From Balanoglossus misakiensis (Eukaryota; Animalia; Hemichordata), in assembly GCA_040954595.2 (NCBI GenBank), contig CM082582.2, forward strand, positions 11,838,415 through 11,902,414: 64,000 nt of DNA, given 5' to 3'. A program made the position numbers and the translations under genes. The notes under the pieces are model-generated. The model saw only the letters and a program-made list of their open reading frames with translations, searched no databases and was not told where the DNA came from. Below, piece by piece: positions 24,701-38,520 of this stretch; positions within the stretch are counted from its first letter, which is position 1; each line of letters starts with the position of its first letter.

Positions 24701-27700
24701 CGACCCCAAGTCTCGTAAGATGGCGACGCGAGAGGAGCTGTTCGTCGGCGACGTCCATACCGACAGGAACAAACGACAGCATTATCGACCGACGACTTAC
24801 CAGACTCCCTTAACCAACATGATGGGACAGGTGAGTAATTGCAGCGGTCCATTTGCGCATGTTTGAGGTCAACTCGGGTCAACTCGGAAAAAAGTTCTAT
24901 ATCTTTGTCGGCTTCACGGGCAAAACGTTTAAAATACCAAAAGTTAGAAGTACTACCCTTTAAGCTTATAGCCAAGTAAACTGATTTGATGCGAGCCGAG
25001 ATGTCTTTTTAGAAGCAGCTGCGTATTCCAAAGCACTAACCCTTGTACAGGCAAGCAGTGTTTGTAATTCTGCCTTACAGCTAGATCATTCAAACCAGAA
25101 ACAAGACTGTACGCAACCACTTCACGGGGAATCAACAAATATAGCTCCGCCGTCAGCAGTCAGGAATCTTCAATTTCAAAAAAGAAATTATCCAGTTTCT
25201 CACATGTGGTTTTTCCGCCGAAGCGAACAGATGGCGCGTTATTACTTTTGGATCTGTGGGGATTTCTCTAATTGGATACGTTTGCTGCGATTAAATCTTT
25301 TTGCGGGATGAGAATGAAACAGAAAACCAATATGGTAAAGTTTAACTTCTGCAAATTTCCTTTATGTCTGGGGAGTCACGGCCATTTGTTGAAATTGGAT
25401 TACGTCACATCACGTGACGTCATGTCTGTGGAGGTTTTCCCAAGCGTGTCTAACATTGATGCCCGCGTGTCCATTTTGTTTCTAAATGGAGAAATTTCAA
25501 ACCAAAAACTATCAGGCGCTTTTTTAAATTAACGCTGGGCGTTTTACAGCGTTTTACCTTTAAACAGTTTGTCGAGCTGCTTACGTTTGAAGACGTATGC
25601 ACATCCAATTATTACATTCGCCGACAGCGTTTAAACTCTAAAGAAATTCTCGGGAACCGGTTTTTTATATTCGGACGTACAGCCTTCAATTCAAAAGCTG
25701 TCTCTGGATTTTCAACGGTCCAAGAAGACACAAAAGCGTCCCTCCTCCATGATACATTAAGAAGCCATTTAAGAAACCATAATATTTACCCAGGAGTTGC
25801 AAAAATCGATATTGTTTTTACACTTAGCGGTGTGTTCCATTATTTTCGAGGTGAGGGTAAACACGGTAAGTGGCTTGCGGGTGGGATTACATTTTAAGAT
25901 TCACTTGTTTCTCGTCAGTCAACACCACTGTAATCCGGACCATTAATTCATTGTCAAACATATTTGCGGGCATTACTTTTTTTTCGGGTAAATTGTATTT
26001 ATCGACCCTGCTCGTGAAAAAAATGGAGCATTGTTGAGAGGGGAGTGCAGTACCTAGCGACCGGGATCGTAAATTTGAGATTCGGTAAATGAGGCGTTTT
26101 ATCACCGGAATGGACCGCTGGAGGTCTATTAAGCGAGGATAGGGTGAAGTCGTACGACAAATGGCACGGGGGCGTAAACATTGCAACTTGAACTCGAACT
26201 TAATACGCCCAGAACGCCACGTTGTGAAGCGCGGTTTCATATTTCAAAGGGAGGATAATCTGGCGTTGAACAAGAACGCAAAAGTTGCATTTTTTGTAAC
26301 TGCTTGAGAATACCAGACAGGGACCGGACCGTCACTATCGGTCGCCACATTGTTGGTTGGCGCGATATCGCTGTCTTGCAGACATGACTCCAAATATATC
26401 ACCATGCTCGCCCTGTCAAAGAATCATGTTTTGTCCGCCGAGTGTACACTGCAAAATAAAGAGACGGAATCCGACCCAGCTTTCCTTTGTGCTGCTCTCG
26501 CTTGACAGACACACACCAAACAATTTCGTTTAATTCTACCCTCTTCTCCCGTCCCTTTTGATCAAAAGTCATTCATAACAGCACGTCTTCTCGCTTGAAC
26601 ACACACGAAGAGTCGGTAGAAAAGCCAGCAATACTTTGCAGCGCGTCTCATGGGAAGCCCCTCTCTTGCACGAGTGTGCCACACATTTAATTAAACTTCT
26701 CTCCCGTGTTGGGGGTTGGGAGACTCCAAAAGCCTGCATACTAGACAAAAGTCTGATGAGGCTTGCCGAAGTAAAACTCTGGCATTATTCGAGGTCCATT
26801 CAAAGGAACGGATTAGAGAGCGAGTTGAGTGTTTTGCCAACGGAGGTGCACATTTTTGACCCTTGACCTCTTCGTAAGTTGGCCTCCACAATATCTGGTT
26901 ACCTGCTCTCTCTTGAACTGACGTTAAAATCAGTCGAGTAGTTTCAACTTCATTTCCAATGCTAATAGCGATGAGAGCAAAGTCGATTATTATTTTAAAG
27001 CGAAACGATGGATTCACTTGCGCATTAAGGTGCCCTGTTAGTCTGGAATATAGGCAATTATTCATTGTAAAATAGCTTGTGGATGCAACATTCAATTAAT
27101 GAAGCATATTAACCGGAGGTATGGAAGTTTTCGATCGTGATCGCCCATAAAACACCTCTCACATGCAACAGGTATGCACTAGCACAAACGCTCTCCAAGT
27201 CGGACTCCCTCACGATCTGATATAGTCGACGGAGGACGAACGACAATAATTTCCTAATTCTGAAAAATAATGGGCCGTTAAACACCTCCATATATTAAAC
27301 AATCGGTCGGCGGTTAATTACACACACTTTGGATTTACTTCGTTAGAAATACTATAAAATACTTCTCTTATCACATACAGCACACAGGTGTGTGAGCGCT
27401 GTGCCAATAAGATCACGTCACAATGTGATTACATTCAAATTGGGTAATCATTCTACTGGGGAGTGTGCGCTATTATGGCATCATGCTGCTTTTGGTAAAT
27501 GCCGTTAGTTTTCGTCACCCTCCCGAGAGATGAGCCTTGTTCTTTTCAAATATCAGAGTGATTAGTTTTGTTGGGGTTTTCTCCCATCGGCAGGTGTTGG
27601 TACCCTTTTTATAAAATGACGCGCTTCTTTGAGAAAAGAAAAATGCGGCCGGCCACAAGAATTCCCAGATGTGCCGTCTGCGCGTGTAATATTCTATGTA

Positions 27701-29216
27701 GTATGGACAGCCTTGTCGGATTGGCTTGCCTGCTTGGCAGCCACGGACGCGTTCCATATTCCTCGCATATTGACAAAACCGGGAGAGGACATCGGTATTA
27801 TCATCACCACTTGCGCCCACACCACACCATTCCCATATCACTTTCTCCCATGTGTATATTTCACGTTATAGTGTAGTTAATATCACGTGTCACGTTTCGT
27901 TTACCCTGACGCGACCCGCTCTGCTCACTCACGGCGTTCCGGCATAGTGTTCATTTGATTCGCGGCGGGGAACTCTTAGCTTGGTTGCAGATTGTGATTG
28001 GGTTGCAAGGCGATACACTATCACCCAGTCATTGTTACATATTTTGTTATTGGACGCATGACATGCTGTTGCGCACAAAGTGCAGAGTTTCAGGCAGAAT
28101 GCCTTTAAGAGACCATATGTACAAATTCCAGCCACTAACTGACGATCGTGTTGATGTTTCCCTATACATTCCCCTTACCACTGTCTCTCGTTTTCAAGAG
28201 TCACGTTATACATCTTATAAAATCAACCCAAGAATATACATGAGTCAGCCATCTGCATTTTAGTTCATAAATATGTAGATCGAAATTATTGGGGTAATAT
28301 CTGCCATATTACATAATGCTCAGTGTCATAAAATTCAGTGTCAGGAGGGCCGACTTTGACGATTCATCTTCTATTTTTATTTTCAATTAAAGAAAGCAAT
28401 CTATCGATTTTGCGAGTTCCCCTTTCCAGTTGATCACGTCAAAGTTTGGATCTCCAAATGATATTAGCAACGGGCCTCGCGCGGTTATATAACATCGCAG
28501 CTGTAACCTTCAAAATTCCTATCTGCATATTCATTGATTCAAATGTAATTCCACCTTCAAAATTAAAGATGGCGGTTTCAACAGTTTTCCGAGCTCCCTT
28601 GGTTACTGTTACCCTCGGTATATCCCGGATGTTGGAAGATGCAGTTATCTCGTTCCATTGCAGCCTCATTCCATAGACCCATTGTTGCATGGCCCACAAC
28701 GGAATGGCACGGAATATTGGTTGGCGCGTTGTGTGTTCCCCCATCATTTCTCCGTTCTCCTCGGGGAAATAGAAAATGATCTCACTCGGAGCGGCACCAT
28801 GCCAAGAATGAACGCCGCACTCGACATCACATCACACCTGTCGTAGACAAGCAGTCGTCTACTCCAGTGACGACAACTCGAGTATTTTTTCCTCTCTCCC
28901 TCTCTCTTTTAATCGACAGAAATTAAAGTTTAATGTTCAGTCATCAGTTTTCGCTCCGCGGGGAGTTCGGATATTATATCATGATGGCATTTTGAAATAT
29001 TTGCTGTGTGTGAGAGCCATAGCAATGATGTGTGCGGAATCAATACGAATCAGTATTCAAGACATTGTGACCGATTACATCGCTTTAATGAATTACTTTC
29101 TTGGCATCGGCTTTTTCTCAGAGCAGTAAATCAGAAAGTATAGACACGAGGGGGGTCGCCTACAACTGTCCATCGCAGTGCCACACTGGTTACAATCATC
29201 ATCATCATCATCATCC

Positions 29217-29279
<63 letters not shown>

Positions 29280-32200
29280 ACATCAACAGCTACTTCCATC
29301 ATCCTCCTTGTCATAAAATTTGTGAAATTGAACATGAAGTACTGTCACATTGACAAATGCATCCATCAGACGTCCCTAAGGAAACGAATATTTACGGGTG
29401 TGCGATGCCCACTTTATGAGTCCACCCACTCTATTATGTAGATTTTTTAGCATTCTGATGATAGTTCATTTTGCGGGGAAATTGGCGGAAAGGGGAGATA
29501 ATTGAAACTGTATTTCAACCTGGTCGATATGGACGGCAGTATTTCGTCATCAGATGTTTTATATCGACTGCTCTGGAGTCAAGTGTTTTGCATTAGCTCG
29601 TGCCTGATCAATTTGTCAAGCTCGCAAAGTTATGGCAGAAACGAGCCACGGTTGGCAACGTTATTACATGTCGGTTATTGCAAAATACAGAGACGGCAAA
29701 TCGCGCCCACGACAGGTAGATAAAAATGTAGTGTTTAAGCCGCAGTAGTCTGGGAAGTCTGAATCGCTGGCAATCACTCAAGCTGCTTCAATGGCAATCA
29801 TTCTTGCTTCAGGTGAATTTTGACATCATTAGGAAACGCACTGTGATTGTTGCATGTAAATTCATTATGCTCTCAAGCTGCACGGTGAATAGAGTCAGGC
29901 GGCCCCGCACAAGCCCCAATCCCAGCAATTACCGTGTCGTCAATTGTCCAATTTACCGCGTTCTCACAATACACAGCCGAGCATGCAGCGATCTGCAGTT
30001 TTCGCATCGGCTAACTTAATTTGTCGGCGGGAGCAACCAGTCGAATTGCAACTGCCTGGCCATTTAACCGCGCTCTAATCCCACCGTCGTTTTATCGAAG
30101 TTTCTGGGTTCCGGAGTAAAGTACACCGGCTTTGGCTGAAAAATTGGTGAGATTGATCACCGAGCAGACATCATTTGCCATCACGTGAAAGTTCAGGTCA
30201 CGTGAACGCTGGCGTTAGTTATGATTGACAGCACGAAAGGTCGGCCTTGCAACGGACCCCGACGGATTCCGGAGGGCCTTGGGTTTATCGATGGCAATTA
30301 CGCGTAAAGTGTTTGGAAAATGTGTCATGTTTTTAAAAATTTAGATTTGAATACCGAAATTAAGAACAGCTGCTTGGTAAAACAAACTCTGTCATGGTGA
30401 TAGCAATACAGTAATAAATCATGACCCTCAGTCGACACAATTTGCTCGTTGTTATGGCAAGAAAAACTATCATCTGTGCGATTGACAGAGCCTAGACCAT
30501 TGGCGGTGGCAAGAAGTTATATTCGAAAAGCAGATCATAGAAATAATCGCATTCAAGGTGCTGGTGCTTGCAAGTGGTCTCGTCTACGAGCCGTGATAAT
30601 TATCATCGATCGACATTGTCATTCAAACGTCAGGAACTCGAATTATACCGAGGTGATAATTTGAACTGGCCAGGACCATTTAATTAAAATCAAAAGGCCA
30701 CAGTGGTGAATGATCTCGAGCCTTCAGTGACTACACGCTGCTTGACAACCCTCAATTAACAAGAAAAAAGTAATTATTGACGGATTTATCTTGATTAGTT
30801 AGTTCGATTAGTTCATGCCCACAGAATCATATCGCGTAACTTTTCAGTTTACATTGGTGATTAAGATGAAATTGTCCACCTTTACTATTAGTGTTGCTGC
30901 AGAGTATGTTTGTCTCGACAACGCAGATATACACATGCACTGCCATGAGTATAGCATCCCCTGGCGACTAGACTATCAACGCTCCTAATGAAATGCTATT
31001 CATTTTAAACGCTTTTCCATTTGTGCGAAGTGGCGTTCAGTATCAGCGTGGCCGTTGCTAAGCCGTGGGACCTATCTTGAACATGTGCTCTCTATATCAT
31101 TCGACCGCGGGCTACTGCTGTCTTGTAGGTCTAATCCGTGACCTTTAACCCTATGTCGTTCTCGCATGCTAACTCAAGTTGAGCCAAACAGTTAATTTAT
31201 AGACTACAATCTCATCAACCAAGCATCTTTTATTCATTTTCCAAAGACGCAATTTTGTTTGTCTGATGTAAAGACAATTGCCGTTAGCTGTCGTTACCAC
31301 CAGCAAAAATATGCGCAACATCGCGGAGAATTTCTTGCAAGTCGACCGATAAAGTGAGTTGAAACTCTGTCTCGTCCTCCACAACCCTTAAATCAAACTG
31401 ATTTATGAGAAGGGTATTTATTGGAACACTTCTGTTTTATTTCAGTTTTATTTCCTCTCCTTCTCACGAACCCCTTCGGTCCTTACAGAGCAGATGCATT
31501 TTTAGTGGCGTGTCTTGGCCCTTGGCGAAGTACCTTCGCCTGTCGGGAGCTCAGATTTACATTAAATCGCAATGCTAAAATACTTAGCCTACAAACGGCC
31601 CATCTTTCTTAAATGCCACGCGTTGCATTAAGTTGTCGTAGAAGCTGTAATTGTAATGGGACCGCGGGAGTTAGCTAATTCAATTCACTTCAAACCGTGT
31701 GACGTGACGATTTCTGTTGTCCTCGTGTCGATGAAGACAATCTGTTCGGTTCATATCGTTCAGTTACATATTATGTGAGTTGTGCTAGTTTCAGTTCAAC
31801 TCCACGCACGCACGTGCGTTCGTTAGTTTCAAAGTTTTCTGAGTGGATATCAGAAAGTTGTGGTTGTAAATACGTTAGAGATTTGACTTCGTCTTTGATT
31901 AGGCAAAACACCATCCTGACACTCATCTTAGGGCCATCAATCAGACTGAACTCGCAAAGAGATGGACGGGGCAATTATGAAACTCTTGTTGTAGAGTAAA
32001 CCGAGGTCTTTCTCGACATTAAGTGGTTTATCTAGTGTAATGAGCATCGCAAGTTTGATGTTCTTGGCCCGCAAACGACGCCGGTCGGATCTCGTCACAA
32101 AAGATCCGCGCAGACATCGCATTGAAAACGTTGATTACCAGTCCAACTAAACACATCCTTGAGAGACTTCTGTTTTCTGTTTCCAACAAAGGAGTTTGCC

Positions 32201-34174
32201 TTGCAGAATATATACAGCTTGTGTTCGGTAGATTGGATTGCTTTGATCGCAACATTAGTTTCAAATAATGGAGAGACTTTGCGTTTTCAAGTAAAATGAT
32301 CGGTGGTGTAATCCGAGAAGAGGAAAGCTTATTTGCTTCATCAATTGTTCTCAAGGTTCGCCTGGGATAATTTATTCTCGATTTTGTTCCGGTCTCCTCA
32401 CCACACTCACAAAAAGCTCTTTGGGGTGTTGATGTTGTATTATGATGGATAACGATGACACACGTGAAATACCTTGTAGGTTCCTGCATGGTGGTATATA
32501 ATATTCCGATATATTCATTTTGTATTGATAGCGACTGTTTTGCATTCTCGGCCATAATAACCGAATCTCCCGAAAGATTTATATCCCCGATAATCTTGTC
32601 ACTGGCGCTGTTATTTACTGAGTCGCCCAAGCATATCAATCCAACCTCTGTTATTCATGGCGCGGGTGACGACCTTGTCAGCAGTCTTATTTTTCGGAGT
32701 TTTGTCTGTATGAGTGATGTGTGTGCAGTTTTCCAGCTTGCAATTCTTGCCAGGGGGTGAGCGGCGCTAAATGGAACAGACTCATTCCTGAATGACGTAA
32801 GATTGAGCACGGGTTTACAGGTGTCAAACGATTCCGGAGCTGACACCCTGCGAAATGGTTCTTTCGACGATTTCTGACGTATGCGATGTTTGTGCCCCCA
32901 TTAACCTTTTCATAGATACCGTTTATCTATTGACATTTCGCAATCCCCAGATTTCACGTACATCTTCGCGAGAAGTCGACAGGCCAACGATAAATATACC
33001 AACGTCCCTAATCGCAAATCATTCCTGATGCCGTGAATGGTTGTATATGGAAATCGGCCTTGCTGTCGTAAAAATAGTAATTTCGTTCGCTGCGTACAGT
33101 GCGTTGACCTCTTTGGGGATCTTTTACATTTGTAATGACTATTTTACGAGAAACCGTTGTATGCAGTGTGCTATAATTTTTATGCGATGATATTCGCCCA
33201 TCCGAGGGTCTTTCAGGTAATTAAAATATGTAGGACGTGGAAATAGATACCGCTTGTGTAATTTTGAAGGTCGTATACATGGAAACGTGCAGACGACATA
33301 AAACTGCATTTTCCCCACCAGTTATATGTAGGCCTATCTAATCTGAAAGTGAATTCAACTGTGTTCTCAACTGTGTTCTCACATATATCACTGTCTGTTT
33401 TTGCATTCACAGGAAAATTGCAGTCTTTGTCAAACAATCCACCTTGCTGATGACGTCAGTCCCCCGGTCCTTCCTTCATTACCGGAATATCCCGTGATCC
33501 TCGACGGAGAGTGGGTGAGCACCAGGTGCGAAGTGCGCCCTGAAGTATTCTTCCTCGTGAGGCACCTTATCTTCCATGGCAACTATACATGGGAGGGCTA
33601 TTATCACCACTACTCCGACCCCTTCTGCAGGAACCCCACCTTCTCGTTGTATGTCAAGGGATACCATTCGGAGGGGGTGAAATCCGAAATTGTGAAAGGG
33701 GGCGCCGAGTACGACTTCATCATCACAGAGATGCGAGTAACCACGAAGGACACCAGTACGACAAACTTATTGAACGTCTTCGAAGGCGACGCCTGCGGCC
33801 GCAGGGGCCGATGGGAGATGGGTGTCGAGCAGGATGTGACGCAAACGTACGGCTGCGCGGCACTGGGCATACGGCTGCCGCACACGGAATACGAGCTCAT
33901 GAAAATGGAGTACGACGCCAAACTGGACACAGTGCTCCTGTTCAACGGCCAACGCCCTAGTGACGGGGACAACCCAACCACGCCCACAAAACGAGCCACC
34001 TCGTACCAAACACCTCTGGTGCAATGCGGTGGAGCGAACATCTTCTCGCGAGACGACCGGACGAGGCCGTCAAACGTGAATGATTCAGCGAACATTGCTA
34101 TGCAAACCTCGCCGTCGAGGCAGTTAGTTGTCATGGGGACCATTCTACTTTGCTACCTTTTCCTCTGGTGTTAG
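18771..34174 (+). CDS. APCDD1: APCDD1 family Wnt inhibitor, 4 exons, 494 aa
   Basis: Exons 18771-18819 (signal peptide), 19402-19528, 24284-24830 and 33413-34174 join in frame (1485 nt). Two APCDD1 repeats, each with GEWVSTRCEVRP and ending R(P/A)T(T/S)YQTPL; hydrophobic C-terminus. Confidence 0.93.
29194..29285. repeat. (ATC)n microsatellite in APCDD1 intron 3
   Basis: About 29 near-perfect ATC units; these explain the poly-H, poly-S and poly-D ORFs. Confidence 0.95.
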
Positions 34175-37100
34175 TAGTGCGACGTACGACGCCACATGCA
34201 TGAACTCATGCGCGAGTACTCCTTCATGAAGCTTTCATTTCAGTGAATATTACAGTAACTCGAAAAGCTTCACAAGAACTGAAGGACACCCCGGCATTTT
34301 GGTTCTCATAATATGGACTGTTAGTTCAGTGTTTAAAGCTGGGTTTTCATAACTTGACTGGATAGATTTTGTGTTTTATTTTATTTTATTTCAAACGTTC
34401 AAAGTTTAACCAATATGTCGGATCACGAAAAGGACTGTAACCATGGTAGCGCCGACATTAGTGTAGACCCTGACATCAGGTGCTCTTTGATTTTGATTTT
34501 GACTTGTATATTTTGTTTTTCGAACAGTGGCGCGTTTCTGAACACGTTACATGACCATTTTTTTTCTAGGCTAGTTTTACAAGTGTCAGTTGCAATTTGG
34601 CACAGCGAGAATTGGCGGAATACGTCATCCTTTGTCAGAAGCTATAATTTTGCTTCGACGACCTCTCAAAAATGTTGAGTCTTCCGTGAGACTGTGTGTA
34701 ATGTAGATATATAGTTGGCATGGCGACTTCTCGAGCCAGTTTGCTGGCCGTTTCTTATCTTCGAGTCGAGCTCGGGTTAAACCGGGACTCTTCACGACGA
34801 CCGTGATGGAGAGTCGATGTGACAGCAATTGGCACTCGAGTGGGTGCCATCCCATCATGTGTAAACTAGACCCGGAGTGTCGAGCTGCGTTTGCCGCCTG
34901 ATTGACTTCCGACAAACAGAGACACGGCGATCGAATGGACGGTAACTCGATTAGCCATCAAGCGTCAATTATCGTAGACAATGCGGAGACAAGAACACCT
35001 GCAAGCGGTGTCTGTATTCATGAACTTCAATTACTGAACACGGTTCCGAATATTATTTTAGACTTCATATCCTGTAGACACGGGTGATTCATCAAAGACC
35101 CTGACCAGCCAGTGACGGAGAGAATTTAAGTGCCACAATCATTTTTGTAGTAGATGTTCGTTTTCTGGGTTTGTTTTACCCGCATTATGTTCAGCAGAGG
35201 AAGCTTGGGGTTTGTACAATTATTCAGATAGAAATCAGGAGAGAACTTTGCTGTAGGGGATTGGTGGCATACATTATGCACACCCGTATTTTGTAGCTGT
35301 AGTTAAAGGCTGCAACCAGTATTGAGAACCAGAGACGTGTATGATTGTTTTCGGATATGGTTCTCTCTTTACTCCAGTGCCTATTTTATTTTCGTGGACA
35401 TGACACAATAAACGTTTTGTTACATTTGCTATTTCATCCAGCTTGTCGTCTTTGTAGTATATGTTCTTCTTGCAGTCCATCGTTCAAGTTGTCATCAGTT
35501 TCCAGATATACACCGATCATTTGGTTTGAATGTCTTCGTTGTCTGAAGTTCAAAGCTTCATCGATGGCAAACTCGTTGATTTGCAAAATTCCTCTGACAT
35601 AATTTCTTATATGTCGTTTTATTGCCGACATATTTTCTGTGACCTTTGATCAGATCGGGTCAATCATATGGACCAGATGATATCAGAAATTTCCTGCGAG
35701 AGCAAAATTGTTCATTATGCGCCGCTTTCTTCCCTAATTGTACGTAGTAATTGAAACATTCCGACACGAGCGGAGCATTTGATGCTGTGTATTTTAACCG
35801 CACTGCCGTGTGCGGTCGAAAAATTACAATTAAGTGGAATAATACGGCCGGCGTTTTAATTTATAGGTTTCTAGTCGGACTTTGGTGCAATGAATCATGG
35901 TGCGAGCATTAAGTATTTCTTGTCGGGGAACCTTGCACTGCCCTGTCAGATCACCGTGAGCTGTGTGATCGATGCCGCCGGCGATTTCTCCAAGCCCCGG
36001 GAACAGCGGCTTTCACGCCCGTTCCTCGATGTGAGAGTTCATCGCGGAGAGCGCGGGCAAGTCCTGGCGTGAGCGATACCCCTCGAGACATAACGCTATC
36101 GAGGGTGACGCTATAAAAATTCAGTTAAAAGCGATGTCTTAGGAGAGACTGGGGAAAGTACTTGTAAAACGCCCCGAGGCCGTACTCGGTGCAATTGCGC
36201 GGCAGAGAGTGAGAGATGACAGAGAACCGCAGAGCGTGGTTCAGAAGTCATTTTTAGAGTGTTTCGCGGAGGCAATGGCCGGCGGGCAGGCAGAATTTAC
36301 ACCTGAAAAATAACAAGGCACAGTGCACGGGGTCTGAAAACGCACACGTCCGATGCGTGGTTATTACTTGGCCGTAAAGTCTCGCTCAATGAACGGATGG
36401 ATTCCAAAAGAACAGACTAAGCCGGGTGCTCAGTGCCACTCGAGGAACTGAAGTGCCAATTTCAGTAATTCACTTAAGGTTTCCACGGCCCCGGCTACGG
36501 TGACGCCGCTGAATCGAAATCCGTTTGGACAGAAACTTGGAAACTTCAATTAAAGTTAAACCCCCCTTGCACGCATTGTTTGGTTTGGGGGCACCTCACA
36601 AAGGGCTCAGGTAAAAAGCTATCTAAGTAAAACATGCCATTGTTTGCTCACTGGAATTCCTGACCATTAAATACAAAAACATTTCTTTGGCGTGGCTGGT
36701 TGAAGACAGGCCCCTTTCACGTTTAAGAGTGCCAATTATTGCGAGAGTACATTTAGAGCGACTGAAAACTATTTCAAGCAAACGCTCACCTCGTCACGTT
36801 ATTGGCCGAAGATGGAAGACATTAAACGTTTAGTGTATTTTGGAATGCATATCTCTCGTCAGCTTTTTAGCGTCATTGTTATAGACCTCTAAATCTCACT
36901 TATTGTATTTATAGTTTACAGCGTCTATAAACTCTCTCGTTTTATTTTACTTCATTCATTTCTCGATTTTACGGTCTCTCGTTCTGGCAGCTGTTGCGAT
37001 GTCCCTGAAAGAATGTTTTGCCCATATAAAGATGGAACTTTCTTTTCTCATACAAGCCTGTTGAAATCGGCAATATATATTCATCTTTGTTAGTGCATTG

Positions 37101-38414
37101 ACGCAGGCGTGATTGCACCCCCCCCCCCCCCACACACACACGCGCAAATTTACAGGTAATCTTGGACACGACAAATACAGTACATTGTATCGCCAGGAAG
37201 CAATTAAAACACCTCTTCCGTCACATTTGATCGAAGGCGTGAAATTGCGAGTTGTCAGTGAAAGCAAACACTCGGTTCGTTTATCTCTCATGTGATTACT
37301 TATGATGTAACAATATTGATCTAATTCAATTAACGTCAATCCTGTTAATTAGGTTTGGTCAACAAGTTTAACGGTCCTCCGCAATTTATTAGTGTGCACC
37401 ACCATCTATAATCCATTAACTTGTGATAACAGAGATTGGCGCTGTGAACTCGGGTGGCTGCTGTTGTGAATGAATGGCTAAACTTGAGCTACGGAATTAT
37501 GGACTGTTGTTCGATATCATGTATTGTGAGTCTTTGATCCACGTCTGTAAACCGCTTCATTACAACACGTCACAATACCGATATTTGGTTAGCGTACTAA
37601 GGACCCCCTTTCTTCACAATCATCGGGGCGAAACCCCAAACGTCCGAATGCGATCACTCTTGTTGGCGACCAGTATAGACAACGGGAGAAAACGAGCTTC
37701 TGCTCAGGGAGAGAATTTGGACCACACACACGGTTATACGCCAGACCATGTTGACATGAGTGCGGGAGCTTCGGTGGCCAATATTTTGACTCGAATTGTG
37801 AAACTTTAGAGACGTACCACCCGACACAACTCGTTGAATTTTGTATTTTCGCTCGACAAAGACAGTGAACACTTTTTTTCTCTCGAAACACAAAGGGGGA
37901 ACCTATCGCAAGATCTCACTGCGACTGCCCGTGTTTACACAACTAATTCTCGGTCACCCAATACCAATGTTTGCTTTGGTTTTCTCTTGCCGTTTGAATA
38001 GACTCCGTCTTGCGTGCATGTGAAAATGAAGAATTCGGCGCATTATCCAAATTACCCAGGTGAATCCAAGGGAAACCAACATTCCAACCGCTTTCATGTT
38101 TCTACTTAATCCCTTTGCAAAAAATAACGCACTTCAGACGTCTTGAAGACACAACGCGACCAACCAAAACATCGTGGACGGTGATGTGTCTGTCTTGAAG
38201 TAATCGGAAGTCCCTATTGTTCCGAGTCGGACCCGTGCAACAATGACGACAGCTAAAATTACATCGTCCTGTGAGATTTACTTGTTCAAAAATATTGTTC
38301 CAACAGATTAAAATTTCAACTGTAAAGGAAAAAATCCTGCAGGTGTAAATCCGAACAGTACACACGACAATTTGTAGCGGTATGGTTGTCTGGCATTTCT
38401 CCCGGCACAGCCAA

Positions 38415-38438
38415 CCCCCCCCCCCCCCCCCCCCCCCC
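38415..38438. repeat. poly-C tract
   Basis: About 24 consecutive C; shorter runs also at ~9593-9608 and ~37117-37131. Confidence 0.85.
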
Positions 38439-38520
38439 AACGCATGCATCCAACAACTCTCGTTTTATTGACAACTCTGTCACTTGGAGGCGCTGTGACA
38501 TTGCTATATCTCCTCATATT

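Noticed and set aside
29093-29441. ORFs with poly-D, poly-H or poly-S
   Set aside because: They are translations of the (ATC)n microsatellite
32028-32639. 203-aa minus-strand ORF in APCDD1 intron 3
   Set aside because: No recognisable domain or splice context, and non-coding-like composition
33067-33149. Imperfect inverted repeat TCGTAAAA(A)TAGT...ACTATTTTACGA
   Set aside because: Short, mismatched and without a clear TSD; at most a decayed MITE
33479-34143. Alternative-frame and antisense ORFs over APCDD1 exon 4 (similar ones over CEBPG and C/EBP)
   Set aside because: By-products of GC-rich codon usage in real coding exons
35434-35631. 65-aa minus-strand ORF with basic pairs (peptide-precursor-like)
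   Set aside because: No signal peptide, no supporting exons, no recognisable homology
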